NCBI GenBank assembly: GCA_046290465.1
Contig: JBKAGP010000001.1
Span: 3,296,001 to 3,360,000, forward strand
DNA from: Planctomycetota bacterium
Lineage (GTDB): Bacteria; Planctomycetota; UBA1135; UBA2386
Length of the DNA stretch: 64,000 bases
Reading direction: 5' to 3'
Positions within the stretch are counted from its first letter, which is position 1; the number at the start of each line of letters is the position of its first letter. The position numbers and the translations under genes are program-made. The notes beneath the pieces are model-generated. The model searched no databases and had not been told where the DNA came from. It worked only from the letters and a program-made list of their open reading frames with translations. Below are positions 42,284 to 53,009 of this stretch, in pieces.

Positions 42284-43621
42284 ATGTCCACCAACACCCA
42301 AGCTCTGCCCGCGGAGCAGCTCGCGAAGAAGATCGACGACCGCACCGCGACCGTCGCGATCATCGGTCTCGGTTACGTCGGTCTGCCGCTCGTGCGCGTG
42401 CTGCACGACGTCGGTTTTCCGGTGCTCGGCTTCGACTGCGACGAGCGCAAGATCGAGAAGCTCGGGCGCGGTGAGTCCTACCTGAAGCATCTCGGTGAGG
42501 ACTTCGTCGCCGACCTGTGCAAGTCCGAGCGCTTCCGCGCGTCGTCGGACCCGCAGACGCTCGCCGACGCCGACGTGCTGATCCTGTGCGTGCCGTCGCC
42601 GATCGGTCGCCACCACGAGCCGGACCTGTCGTTCATCGTCGAGTCGACGCGCATGATCGCCAAGGTCCTGCGACCGGGGCAGCTGATCTGCCTGGAGTCG
42701 ACGACCTACCCGGGCACGACCCGCGGCGATTGCCTGCCGATCCTCGAGCAGAGCGGCCTGACCGCCGGCGAGGACTTCTTCGTCGCGTTCTCGCCCGAGC
42801 GCGAGGACCCGGGCCGCAAGGACTTTTCGACGTCGACGATCCCGAAGCTGGTCGGCGGCATCGACCCGGTCAGCACCAGGCTGGCGACGGCGCTCTACTC
42901 GGCGGGCATCGGCCAGACGGTCGCGGTCGAATCGGCCGAGGTCGCCGAGGCGGCCAAGCTGCTCGAGAACATCTACCGCTGCATCAACATCGCCCTCGTC
43001 AACGAGCTCAAGCCGCTGATGACGGACATGGGCATCGACATCTGGGACGTGATCGGCGCGGCCAGCACCAAGCCGTTCGGCTTCCAGGCGTTCTGGCCGG
43101 GCCCGGGTCTCGGCGGTCACTGCATCCCGATCGATCCGTTCTACCTGACGTGGAAGGCCAAGGAGTTCGGCCACCGCACGCGCTTCATCGAGCTCGCCGG
43201 CGAGATCAACAACTCGATGCCCGACTACGTGGTCAGCCGCGTCGTCGAGGCACTCAACGACAACGGCAAGTCGGTCAAGGGCGCCAAGATCATGATCTGC
43301 GGCCTCGCCTACAAGCCCAACGTCGACGACACCCGCGAGACGCCGGCCGCCGAGATCCTGCGCCTGCTGTCCGAACGCGGCGCGGAGCTCTGCTACCACG
43401 ACCCGCTGGTGCAGACCTTCCCCGAGATGCGCAAGTACTCGTTCGACATGCAGTCGGTCGAGCTGTCACAGGAGAACCTCGCCAACACCGACTGTGTGGT
43501 GGTCGTCACCAACCACGACGCCACCGACTGGCAGGCGATCGCACAGCACGCGTCGCTGATCGTCGACACGCGCAACCAGATGGCGTCGTTCGACTGCAAC
43601 GGCCAGGTCTTCAAGGCCTGA
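42284..43621 (+). CDS. Nucleotide-sugar 6-dehydrogenase (UDP-GlcNAc/ManNAc dehydrogenase, WbpA/WecC-like)
   Basis: [61 protein letters not shown]. Confidence 0.92.
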   Translation: MSTNTQALPAEQLAKKIDDRTATVAIIGLGYVGLPLVRVLHDVGFPVLGFDCDERKIEKLGRGESYLKHLGEDFVADLCKSERFRASSDPQTLADADVLILCVPSPIGRHHEPDLSFIVESTRMIAKVLRPGQLICLESTTYPGTTRGDCLPILEQSGLTAGEDFFVAFSPEREDPGRKDFSTSTIPKLVGGIDPVSTRLATALYSAGIGQTVAVESAEVAEAAKLLENIYRCINIALVNELKPLMTDMGIDIWDVIGAASTKPFGFQAFWPGPGLGGHCIPIDPFYLTWKAKEFGHRTRFIELAGEINNSMPDYVVSRVVEALNDNGKSVKGAKIMICGLAYKPNVDDTRETPAAEILRLLSERGAELCYHDPLVQTFPEMRKYSFDMQSVELSQENLANTDCVVVVTNHDATDWQAIAQHASLIVDTRNQMASFDCNGQVFKA

Positions 43622-43643
43622 GCCGCGCCGCGTCGGCGCCGGT

Positions 43644-45497
43644 TCAGCGGCCCTGCTGCTCGAGCGTGCGCCGGCGCCAGTCCGCCTCGATCTCGCGCAC
43701 GCGCGCGGGCGTGAGCGGCACCTCGCGCGCCCTCGTCACCAAGTCGGGGCCTGCGACGGTGACGTTGGGATCCAGGTCCTCGACGTAGGCCTGCGGCGCC
43801 AACCGCTCGTGCGCCATGAAGCGCAGCGATCCGAAGAACGGCCCGACCCGCTCCATCTCGGTCCGCGTCAACGAGTCCGGGGCCTCGTCGCCGAACTGCA
43901 GCAACAAGAAGGCGACCAGCCCGTCGACGTGCTTGTGGTCGAGCCCGGGCAACGCCGCGAGCACCGCGCGCAGCTCCGCCCCGGTGTAGCGGCCGTCGCC
44001 GTCCGCGTCGCCGCTGCCGAGCAGCAGCTGCAGCAGCGCATCCGGCATCAGGACGCGCGCCGAGCGTCCGCCCGTCGGGGCCCGCGCGACCGCCCAGTCG
44101 TTGAGTCCGTGCAGGTCCAGGATCGCCACGTCGGGCAGCACCCATCCGGGCAGCCCCACTCCCTTGTAGGCGGCGACCGGCAGATCGTCCGGATCGACCT
44201 CGCGACGCGACCGTTCGGGCAGCTCGCGTCGCAGGCCCTCGAGGAACATCGCGTGCACCTGCGGACGGCCACACAGCACCTGCACGTGCAGCCAGCTCTG
44301 CTGGCGGTCGTGCCAGCGTGCGAGTGGCGCGAACAGGCTCGGCACCTTGGGTTCGATCGGCCGGTAGAACGGCGTCAGCGTCGGCTCCTGGTAGCAGTAG
44401 TGCGCCCATCCGAGCAGGCTCGCGACCCCGACCAGCAGCGAGCCGGCGATCGCCAGCGCCGAGTCGCCGCGCAGCCGCGCGCCGATCGCCAGCACCCCGA
44501 GCCCACCCAGCGGCACCAGATGGCTGAGCACGCGATACTCGAACGGGTCGCCGCCGACGCGGATCACGTAGTAGCCGAGGTGGAACAGCAGTGCCCCGAC
44601 GGCGGCGAGCGCCGGCAGGTTGTCGGCGATCGCACGCAGCGCGCGCGCCGGCCCGCGCGCCAGTTCTGCCAGCGCCCAGACCAGCACGATCGGCGGCCAC
44701 AGCCACGCGCCGTGCTCGAGCAGGAAGCAGCCGAGGAAGCGCAGGCCGGCCTCCGGCCAGGGCTCGGTGACCTTGGCGTAGTAGGTGTTGGGCAGCCACT
44801 CGCCGTAGTAGCAGCGCCGCCACAGCACGTGCGCGACCACCGCGGCGAGCGGCGCCATCGACAAGGTCGCCGGCACGGCACGCATGCCGCAGCGCAGCAC
44901 GGTCACGACGACCACCGCGCCGGTTGCGCCGACCAGCAGCAGGCCGTCCGGGCGCGTCAGCGCCGCGACCGCGGCAGTCGTCGACCACAGCAACAGCCAG
45001 GCGGCGCTACGCAGATCCGCGCGGCGAAACGCGAGCACCACCCACGACACGAACGCCAGGTTGAACAGCGCCGTCTCGAGGCCGCTCGTCCACCACGTCA
45101 AGAACGTCCGGTTGGTCGCGACGAACAGCAGCCCGAGCAACACCGCCACGACCGACAGCGGCCGGCCCGAACGATCGCGGAGCCGCGACGCCGCCACCGC
45201 CGTCACCGCGAGCAGGCAGAGACCGAAACCGATCGACAGCACGTTGGCCGACTCGGGCGGCGCAACGTCGAACCAGCTCCACACGGCCCACAGCACCATC
45301 ACCCACAGAAAGCACGTGTAGCCTTCGACCGGTTGGAACGGCGCGACGTTCCAGACCAGGCCGTTGCCGTCGTGGGCGTTGGCGACGTAGCGGAACGCGA
45401 TGTAGGCGTCGTCGCACAGGAACTCCAGCTGCAGCGCACCGAACACCGCGAGCGCGGCGAGCACCAGCGTGCCGCCGAACAGCTTGGTTCCGCGCAT
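43644..45497 (-). CDS. GT-C fold membrane glycosyltransferase-like protein with EF-hand-like insert
   Basis: DDAYIAFRY, GLVWN, VEGYT, SGLET, TRPDG, YYGEWLPNTYYAK, DLHGLND; multi-TM. Confidence 0.72.
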   Translation of the reverse strand: MRGTKLFGGTLVLAALAVFGALQLEFLCDDAYIAFRYVANAHDGNGLVWNVAPFQPVEGYTCFLWVMVLWAVWSWFDVAPPESANVLSIGFGLCLLAVTAVAASRLRDRSGRPLSVVAVLLGLLFVATNRTFLTWWTSGLETALFNLAFVSWVVLAFRRADLRSAAWLLLWSTTAAVAALTRPDGLLLVGATGAVVVVTVLRCGMRAVPATLSMAPLAAVVAHVLWRRCYYGEWLPNTYYAKVTEPWPEAGLRFLGCFLLEHGAWLWPPIVLVWALAELARGPARALRAIADNLPALAAVGALLFHLGYYVIRVGGDPFEYRVLSHLVPLGGLGVLAIGARLRGDSALAIAGSLLVGVASLLGWAHYCYQEPTLTPFYRPIEPKVPSLFAPLARWHDRQQSWLHVQVLCGRPQVHAMFLEGLRRELPERSRREVDPDDLPVAAYKGVGLPGWVLPDVAILDLHGLNDWAVARAPTGGRSARVLMPDALLQLLLGSGDADGDGRYTGAELRAVLAALPGLDHKHVDGLVAFLLLQFGDEAPDSLTRTEMERVGPFFGSLRFMAHERLAPQAYVEDLDPNVTVAGPDLVTRAREVPLTPARVREIEADWRRRTLEQQGR

Positions 45498-45668
45498 GGC
45501 AGGGCCACGGCGCTCGGAGAGGGAGTCCGGTTGGTGCATGGTTGCGACGAGCGGCCCAAACGACACTACATCGCCGTCGCCCGTGCAAGTGGCCGCACGC
45601 GCACCGGATGCGCGGTCTCCGGGAATCGGAGGGAGCTCGCGGCCCCGGTCGCCGCGCTGCCACCGGCC

Positions 45669-46955
45669 CTACGCGGAGCCGACCCGTTCGGCGGTGGCCG
45701 CGGCCTCGAGCTGGGCCGATCCCGGCACCGACCGGGGCTGCCGGATCGCGATCACCGCGAGCACCAGGAACAGCAGTTCGGTCGCGCACAGCGCCGCGAA
45801 CGCCCCGGCTGCCGACGCGTAGCTGCACGCCGGCCAGACGATCACGAGCGCCAGCACGCTGACCCCGACGCGCAGACGCGTCGCCGCGGCGGCGCCGTTC
45901 TCGCGCAGGGTCTGCAGCGCGACGACCATCACCGCAGCGGTCGCCTCGAGGCTCGCGAACACGAACGCCAGCGGCAGCAGCTGGCCGACCGGGGCGAACT
46001 CGGGGCCGAAAACCATGTCGACCAACCACTCGCCGAGCAGCAGCGCACCGACGACCCCGGCGACGCCACAGCCGCCGAGCAGCAGGCAGACCTTGTTGAG
46101 CATGCGCCAGGCACCGCGCTGGTCCGCGTGACCCGCGAACAGCGCGAGGCGCGGCCGCGCGACGCTGCTGAGCGCCATCGCGAGCAGGCGCATCGGCCCG
46201 ATCGTCGTCGCCGCGGCGCCGAACACGCCGACGGCCCCGGCACCGGCGGCAGCCTGCAGCACGAACGGCTGCACCCGGGAGCACACCGAGTTGGCGACCG
46301 AGCCGGTCGCCATCGGCGGCCCCATCCGATGGAACCTGCCCAGCACGTCGTCCGGCACCGCGGTGCTCGCCGGCCGCTGGCGGTTCATCGCCAGCGCCGC
46401 GAGGCCGAAGCCGACCGCCGTCGCGGCGAAGTAGCCGGTCAGCAGCACCTGTGGCGAGGCGTCGTGCAGGGACAGGGCCACCAGCAGCGGCAGCATCAGC
46501 CCACCGAAGTCCGCCCAGAAAACCGAGCGCGACCGGAACCGCGCCTGCTGGCGCGAACGCGCCGCGTTGACGGCGCCGCTGGCGAACAGCGCCGCGCCGA
46601 ACGCCAGCCACGGCCACGCGCCGAGCGGTTCGTCGACCAGCAGCGGCGCCAGAAGCGCCCCGAACAGGGCCAGCCACGCCGACCAGCGCACGTGCCGTCG
46701 CGCGACACGCCACAGGAAGCCTTCGCGGCAGTCGTCCTGAAGCCCGGGGCCGATCGACAGCATCGGCGACAGGTTGACGGCATTGGGGATCGCCGTCGCG
46801 ACCGTCTCGATCGTGATGCACAGCACGTAGACGGCGTACATCGCCGGTCCGCACAGACGCGCCACCAGGATCGCGCTGAGCAGCCGGAACATCGACCGCC
46901 CGGCGCTGTCCGCGAGCGCGTAGAACTTGTCGCGCTTGCCCGGCGCTACCGACAT
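45669..46955 (-). CDS. Wzx-like polysaccharide flippase
   Basis: About 12 hydrophobic segments, ARLCGP..Y, GVFGAA; polysaccharide locus context. Confidence 0.7.
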   Translation of the reverse strand: MSVAPGKRDKFYALADSAGRSMFRLLSAILVARLCGPAMYAVYVLCITIETVATAIPNAVNLSPMLSIGPGLQDDCREGFLWRVARRHVRWSAWLALFGALLAPLLVDEPLGAWPWLAFGAALFASGAVNAARSRQQARFRSRSVFWADFGGLMLPLLVALSLHDASPQVLLTGYFAATAVGFGLAALAMNRQRPASTAVPDDVLGRFHRMGPPMATGSVANSVCSRVQPFVLQAAAGAGAVGVFGAAATTIGPMRLLAMALSSVARPRLALFAGHADQRGAWRMLNKVCLLLGGCGVAGVVGALLLGEWLVDMVFGPEFAPVGQLLPLAFVFASLEATAAVMVVALQTLRENGAAAATRLRVGVSVLALVIVWPACSYASAAGAFAALCATELLFLVLAVIAIRQPRSVPGSAQLEAAATAERVGSA

Positions 46956-47512
46956 GCAGCCTCCTCGCGCCGCGCGTCGACCACGTCGACGGCACGGTCG
47001 CCGCGCAGCGCGCCCAGCAGCTGCTGCGCGTTCTGTCGCCACGTGAACCGCTCGAGCACGAAGCCGCGACCCGACCGCCCCATCGCGGCGAGCCGCTGCC
47101 GATCCCCGAGGGCGTCGTGCAGCGCCCGCGCGATCGCGTCGGTGTCGCGCGGTTCGACGACCCAACCGTGCTGGTCGTCGGCCGGGTCGCTCGTCACCAG
47201 GCCGATCTGTGGCGCGAGGCCGCAGTCCGACGTCATCAGCACCGGGCTGGAGCACGCCAGTGCCTCGACGTAGACGAGCCCGAACGCCTCCGACCACGAC
47301 GGCATCGCGAACAGGTCGGCCCAGACCATCCACTGCATCAACGCTTGTTGGTCCATACGCGGGATCACGCGGATGCGATCGCCGAGCCGGGCGGCCGCGA
47401 CCTTGCGTCGCAACGGCGCCGGCGCGTCGGTGACCAGCACCAGCACCGCGTCCGGATGCGGCCCCGCGACCCGCGCGAAGGCCTCGACCAGCTGCTCGAA
47501 GCCCTTGCGCGC
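46946..47512 (-). pseudogene. GT4 glycosyltransferase, C-terminal half only
   Basis: ARKGFEQLVEAF, ADLFAMPSWSEAFGLVYVEALAC, FTW; N-terminal domain absent. Confidence 0.8.
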
Positions 47513-48673
47513 TCGGCGTGATGTTCGCGTGCCGGCGCATGCTCTACACGGGCACGCTCGGCCAGATCCTCGGCATGCACCTCGGCGGGCTGGTGCTGGG
47601 CATCCTGCTGGTCGCGTCGACGGCCTGGTCGACGGACATGGTGCTGACCGTCAAGCGCTCGATGGTCTACGTGTTCGGCTACCTGATGCTGATCTCGCTG
47701 GTGCACGTGCCGCGGCGGCCGATGCAGTACTACATGCGAACGGTCGTGTTCGGCATGGGCTGGATCGCGTGGATCTCGATCGCGACGTACTTCACGTTCC
47801 CGAAGAGCCACACGGTGCTGTCGATCCGGCCGGGGCTCGCCGGCCTGACCGTGCACCCCAACGTGTTCGGACCGTGCCTGGAGATGGCGTTCGGCCTCGC
47901 GCTCGGCATGCCGGTGGTCACGCGGTTCCAGAAGCTGTCGCGATACTGGGCGATGGCCGGCATCCTGCTCGCCCCGGCTGATGTCGAACTCGGTGACCGC
48001 GCTGATCGCCACCGCCGTCGCCACCGGCATCTACGCACTGATGACGTGCCCCGCCTACCGGGCGGGCGCCTACCTGCTCAGCGGCCTCGCGCTCGGTGCG
48101 ATCGTGAAGTTCATCGGGGTCGGCACCATCAAGTCGTTCTTCTTCGAACTGGTCGGCCGGGACGAGTCGATGTCGGGCCGCGACACGCTGTGGGCCGACG
48201 TGTTCAACGCCGGCATGAAGTCGCCGGTGTTCGGCTCCGGCTACGGCGCGTTCTGGTACGAAGGGCGCGGCCGCGAGCTGACCGGCACGTGGAACCCGCG
48301 GCAGGCGCACAACGCCTACATCGACGTGTTCGTCGACATCGGTGTGCTCGGTCTGCTGCTCGTGCTCGCCGTCGTGCACTACCGGCTGCTCGGCGCGTGG
48401 CAGCGGCACGCCGGCCGCCGCGGCACGCGGCGGCGCAACGCGGTGGCGGCGTTCGTGTCGATGGCGCTGGGGCTGTGCTTCGTCGGCGCGTTCGGCGAGA
48501 GCTTCCTGCTCAAGCTCGACAAGTTTCAGTTCTTCGTGCTGTTCTGGGGCGTGATGGTCCTCGAGAACTCCGACGAGAACGACGTCTCCGCGGAGTTCGA
48601 CGAGCTCGAGCGGCAGCATCCGCTCGCATCACCGCAGCGCCACAAGCGCCCGCTGGTCTCGACCGCGCCGTAG
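47509..48673 (+). pseudogene. O-antigen ligase/polymerase (Wzy/WaaL) family, 5'-truncated and frameshifted near 47974
   Basis: HPNVFG, S.TA, GRDESMSGRDTLW, PVFGSGYGAFW, AHNAYIDV...GVLGL across two frames. Confidence 0.78.
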
Positions 48674-48688
48674 CCCGCGGCGCGGCGC

Positions 48689-50131
48689 TCAGGTACCGCT
48701 GTTGATCGGCGCGCGACCGTAGCGGTCGTCGAAGCGCACGATGTCGTCCTCGCCGACGTAGTCGCCGCTCTGCACCTCGATCAGCACCAGATCGACCTTG
48801 CCCGGATTCTCCAGCCGGTGCTTGGTGCCGACCGGGATGTAGGTCGACTGGTTGCCGTAGACCATGCGCACCTCGTCGTCGCAGGTCACCTTGGCGCTGC
48901 CGGACACGACGACCCAGTGCTCGGAACGATGGTGGTGCATCTGCAGCGACAGCGTCTCGCCGGGGCGAACGATGATCTCCTTGATCTTCGAGCGCGGCCC
49001 TTCGTGCAGCGTCTGGTAGGTGCCCCACGGACGCGACACCGTGCGATGCAGGGTCGCGGCCTCGTGCCCCTTTTCCTTGAGCCGACGGACGACCTCCTTG
49101 ACCTGCTGGCTGGCGTTCTTGTCCGCGACCAGCAGGGCGTCCGGGGTGTCGATGATGATCAGGTCGTCGACGCCGACCGCAGCGACCACCCGGCCGACCT
49201 CGGTCTGCACGTGCGTGTTGTTGGTGTCGACGAGCAGCGTTTCGCCGACCGTCGTGTTGCCGTCGACGTCGCGCGGCAGCTGCTCGGCGACGGCCTTCCA
49301 CGAACCGATGTCGCTCCAGTGGAAGTTGGCGCGCAGCAGCGCGATGTTGCTGGCCTTCTCCATCACCGCGTAGTCGATCGAGATGTCGGGCAGCTGCTCG
49401 AACACTTCACGATCGAACTTGACCTCGGCGGCGTTGACGCTGCTGGCCTGCGCCTGCGCCCAGACGTCGTGCGCAGCCTCGAGCACTTCGGGAGCGTGTT
49501 CGCCGATCGCGTCGAGGATCGTCGACGCCTTGAAGCAGAACATGCCGCTGTTCCAGACGAAGTTGCCCGCCGCCAGGAACTCCTGGGCACGGGCGAGGTC
49601 CGGCTTCTCGACGAATCGCACCACCGCGCTGCCGCCCTGCTCGAGTTCGTCGCCCAGCTCGACGTAGCCGAAGCCGGTCTCGGGCGACGTCGGCTGGATG
49701 CCGAACAGCACCAGACGGCCGGTCTCGGCGATGCGCTCCGCCTCGCGGCACGCATTCTGGAACGCGACCTCGTCGGGGATCAGGTGATCCGCCGCGAGCA
49801 CCAGCATCGTCGGGTCCTTGCCGCGCGTGCTCGCCGCCAGCGCCGCCAGAGCAACGGCTGGTGCGGTGTTGCGGCCACACGGCTCCAGCAACTGGAACAG
49901 CGTGCGGTCCTTCAACTCCGGCACCTGCGCCGCTTCGTCCCGCGTGCGGAAGCCGTAGCTCTCGTTGGTCACGACGAAGATCGAGTCCTCTGCCAGCGGG
50001 GCGCTGCGCTTCAGCACGCGCTGCAGGAGGCTCGGCCCGTCGGCGAGCTTGATGAACGGCTTGGGGCACGCCGCGCGGGACACCGGCCATAGCCGGGTTC
50101 CAGAACCACCTGAGAGGATGACTGGGATCAT
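48689..50131 (-). CDS. manC: Mannose-1-phosphate guanylyltransferase / mannose-6-phosphate isomerase
   Basis: VILSGGSGTRLWPVSR, EPCGRNTAPA, FVEKPD, WNSGMF, SIDYAVME, WSDIGSW, cupin SLQMHHHRSEHW. Confidence 0.95.
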   Translation of the reverse strand: MIPVILSGGSGTRLWPVSRAACPKPFIKLADGPSLLQRVLKRSAPLAEDSIFVVTNESYGFRTRDEAAQVPELKDRTLFQLLEPCGRNTAPAVALAALAASTRGKDPTMLVLAADHLIPDEVAFQNACREAERIAETGRLVLFGIQPTSPETGFGYVELGDELEQGGSAVVRFVEKPDLARAQEFLAAGNFVWNSGMFCFKASTILDAIGEHAPEVLEAAHDVWAQAQASSVNAAEVKFDREVFEQLPDISIDYAVMEKASNIALLRANFHWSDIGSWKAVAEQLPRDVDGNTTVGETLLVDTNNTHVQTEVGRVVAAVGVDDLIIIDTPDALLVADKNASQQVKEVVRRLKEKGHEAATLHRTVSRPWGTYQTLHEGPRSKIKEIIVRPGETLSLQMHHHRSEHWVVVSGSAKVTCDDEVRMVYGNQSTYIPVGTKHRLENPGKVDLVLIEVQSGDYVGEDDIVRFDDRYGRAPINSGT

Positions 50132-50381
50132 GTGCGCGTCGCCAACTGTGGGGGGATCGAATCCGTCTTCGGGTTTCCACTCGGATCCGACCACGGGCGG
50201 CCACCCCTCTCGCTCTCCATCGACGATCGGGGCGGCACTGGGGGATGCCCGCAGCAGACCTGGGCACCCGATGCATCGACGCGTCCGGTCGCGAACTGTA
50301 GGCACAATCCCGATGGCGTGGCGTTTTCCGCGCCGCCGTCGCGGCGAACGGCTACCCTCCGCCGCCGGAGTGACGCCGACG

Positions 50382-53009
50382 ATGATCCGTACGAGACCGT
50401 TCTTCGCCTTCCTCGCCGCCGCTGCGATCGCGCCCGCGCAGCAGCCGACCCACGTGCCCCCGGAGGCCTTCGACGTGCCCGACGGGCTCGAGGTGACGGT
50501 CTGGGCGACGTCGCCGCTGCTGCAGAACCCGACCAACATGGACGTCGACCACCGCGGCCGCATCTGGGTGACCGAGGGCGTCAACTACCGCGGCAAGGCG
50601 CGCCGCCGGCCGGCCGGCGACCGCGTCGTGGTGCTCGAGGATCGCGACGGCGACGGCGTCGCCGAGACCAGCACCGTGTTCGTGCAGGAGCCGGCGCTGG
50701 TCTCGCCGCTCGGCATCGCGGTGTTCGACAACGTCGTCGTGGTCTCGCAGCCGCCCGAGCTGCTGGTCTACACCGACGTCGACCGCGACCTCGAGTTCGA
50801 CCCAGCGACCGACACGCGCGAAGTGCGCCTGTCCGGCTTCCAGGGGCGCAACCACGACCACAGCCTGCACTCGGTCACCGCCGGCCCCGACGGCCGCTGG
50901 TACTGGAACAGCGGCAACTGCGGCGCGATCTTCACCGACCGATCCGGCTACACGTTCCGGATCACCAGTTCGTACATGGACCCCAAGGGCGTCGCCGGCA
51001 CCGCCAGCGACGACGGCCACGTCTACGTCGGCGGCTTCACCGCGCGCATGCAGCCCGACGGCAGCGCCGTCGAGATCATCGGCCACAACTACCGCAACAG
51101 CTACGAACAGGTGGTCACGTCGCTCGGCGACGTGTTCCAGAGCGACAACGACGACCCGCCGGCGTGCCGCGTCACCCACGTGCTCGAGTACGGCAACGCG
51201 GGGTTCTCGTCGCGCGACGGCCAGCGCTCGTGGCGCGCCGACCAGCGCCACGGACAGGACACGCCGAGGGCCGAATGGCGGCAGGACGACCCCGGCACGA
51301 TGCCGGCCGGCGACGTCTACGGCGGCGGCTCCCCCACCGGCGTCGCGTTCTACGAGAACGGCGCGCTCGACCCCAGATGGCAAGGCATGCTGCTCGCGTG
51401 CGAGCCGGGCCGCAACACGGTGTTCGGCTACTTCCCCGAACGCGACGGTGCAAGCTACCGGCTCGAGCGGTTCGACTTCCTGACGACCAACAGCGAGCAC
51501 CGCTTCGTCGGCTCCGACTTCACCGGCGGCCGCTGGGACGGCAAGCTCCACACGCAGTTCCGGCCTTCGGACGTCTGCGTCGGGGCCGACGGCACGATCT
51601 ACGTCGCCGACTGGTTCGACGGTCGCGTCGGCGGCCACCAGACCCTCGACGACGCGCGCTCGGGCACGATCTATCGGATCGTGCCGACCGGCGAGAACCC
51701 CCAGACCCCGGAGCTCGATCTCGACGAGCCGCTGGGCCAGATGCATGCGCTCGCCAGCCCGGCCGTCAACGTCCGCCACCTCGGCTTCCGGAGGCTGCGC
51801 GACGCCGGCGACGACGCCCAGCCGCTGCTGCAGGTCCTGAAAGCACTCGACGAGCCGTTCTTGCTGGCGCGCGCGACGTGGCTGCAGCCCCTGCTCGGCG
51901 AGCAAGGGGCGGCAGACGCACGCGGCGGACTCGCTGCAGAACGTGCCGAGCACCGGCTGGTGACGTTCCGGGCGCTGCGCAATGCCGGCGACGACGTCGT
52001 CGCTTTGGCCGGCAAGCTGTGCCGCGACGAGGCGCCGTTCGTGCGGGCGGCCGTCGCGACCGCGCTGCGCGACGCCAAGGGCCAGGACGCGGTGAAGGCG
52101 CTGGTCGAGATCGGCCGCCGCTTCGACGGCAAGGACCGCGCCTACCTCGACGCGTTCGGGATCGGCTGCACCGGCAAGCAAGAGCAGGTCTACCGGGCGC
52201 TGGCCGAGCACGCCGGCGAACCGACCGGCTGGGACGCCAGGATGGCGTGGATCGCGTGGCGTCTCGGCGCCAGGTCCTCGGTGCCGGCGCTGGTCGCGCG
52301 CGCCCGCCACGCCGCCCTGCCGCTGCCCGAACGCACGCGCGCCGTCACCGCGCTGGCGTTCGTGCGCGACCTTGCCGCAGCCGACGCGATGCTGTCCCTC
52401 GCCGGGGACTTCGAGTTTCCGCTGCGCGACCAGGCCACCTGGTGGTGCCTCAACCGGATGGGCAACGAGTGGTCCGAGTTCGGCGTGCGCGGCAAGCTGA
52501 AGGAGCGCGGCATCTACGACCCGGACGCGGTCGAGGTGCAGGCGGTCCAGGTGCCGCCCGAACCCGACACCCCGCTCGGCATCACGGTCGCCCAGGTCCT
52601 CGCGTTGACCGGCGACGCGAAGCGCGGCGCGGCGCGCGCCGGCACCTGCTACACCTGCCACAAGGTCGGCGACATGGGCATCGCGTTCGGCCCGGACCTG
52701 ACCGCGTTCGGCAAGGCGCAGTCGAGGCAGGCAATCGTCGAGGCGATCCTGCTCCCGTCGAAGAGCATCAGCCACGGATACGTTGGCCACACCGTCGAGA
52801 CCGACGACGGCAACGTCGACGGCATCGTGCTGTCGCGCGGCGATCCGGTGATCGTGCAGTCGCAGGCGGGGCTCTTGCAGCTGCTGCCCAAGGCGAAGGT
52901 CAAGAAGATCCGCCGCATGCAGCGCTCGCTGATGTGGCCGCCGCAGCTGTTCGGGCTCGACGCACAGGCCGTCGCCGACCTGGTCGCCTGGCTGAAGGAG
53001 CAGCCGTGA
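50382..53009 (+). CDS. PVC-type membrane-bound dehydrogenase-like protein with HEAT repeats and C-terminal cytochrome c
   Basis: Signal peptide, NPTNMDVDHRGRIWV, GPDGRWY, RNSYE, FRPSDV, HEAT region, CYTCH, GPDLT, SLM. Confidence 0.85.
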   Translation: MIRTRPFFAFLAAAAIAPAQQPTHVPPEAFDVPDGLEVTVWATSPLLQNPTNMDVDHRGRIWVTEGVNYRGKARRRPAGDRVVVLEDRDGDGVAETSTVFVQEPALVSPLGIAVFDNVVVVSQPPELLVYTDVDRDLEFDPATDTREVRLSGFQGRNHDHSLHSVTAGPDGRWYWNSGNCGAIFTDRSGYTFRITSSYMDPKGVAGTASDDGHVYVGGFTARMQPDGSAVEIIGHNYRNSYEQVVTSLGDVFQSDNDDPPACRVTHVLEYGNAGFSSRDGQRSWRADQRHGQDTPRAEWRQDDPGTMPAGDVYGGGSPTGVAFYENGALDPRWQGMLLACEPGRNTVFGYFPERDGASYRLERFDFLTTNSEHRFVGSDFTGGRWDGKLHTQFRPSDVCVGADGTIYVADWFDGRVGGHQTLDDARSGTIYRIVPTGENPQTPELDLDEPLGQMHALASPAVNVRHLGFRRLRDAGDDAQPLLQVLKALDEPFLLARATWLQPLLGEQGAADARGGLAAERAEHRLVTFRALRNAGDDVVALAGKLCRDEAPFVRAAVATALRDAKGQDAVKALVEIGRRFDGKDRAYLDAFGIGCTGKQEQVYRALAEHAGEPTGWDARMAWIAWRLGARSSVPALVARARHAALPLPERTRAVTALAFVRDLAAADAMLSLAGDFEFPLRDQATWWCLNRMGNEWSEFGVRGKLKERGIYDPDAVEVQAVQVPPEPDTPLGITVAQVLALTGDAKRGAARAGTCYTCHKVGDMGIAFGPDLTAFGKAQSRQAIVEAILLPSKSISHGYVGHTVETDDGNVDGIVLSRGDPVIVQSQAGLLQLLPKAKVKKIRRMQRSLMWPPQLFGLDAQAVADLVAWLKEQP

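Noticed and set aside
40109..43399. 1096-aa minus-strand ORF as one protein
   Set aside because: Only about 40380-41730 is real (kinase core); the rest is antisense to the sugar dehydrogenase or out of frame
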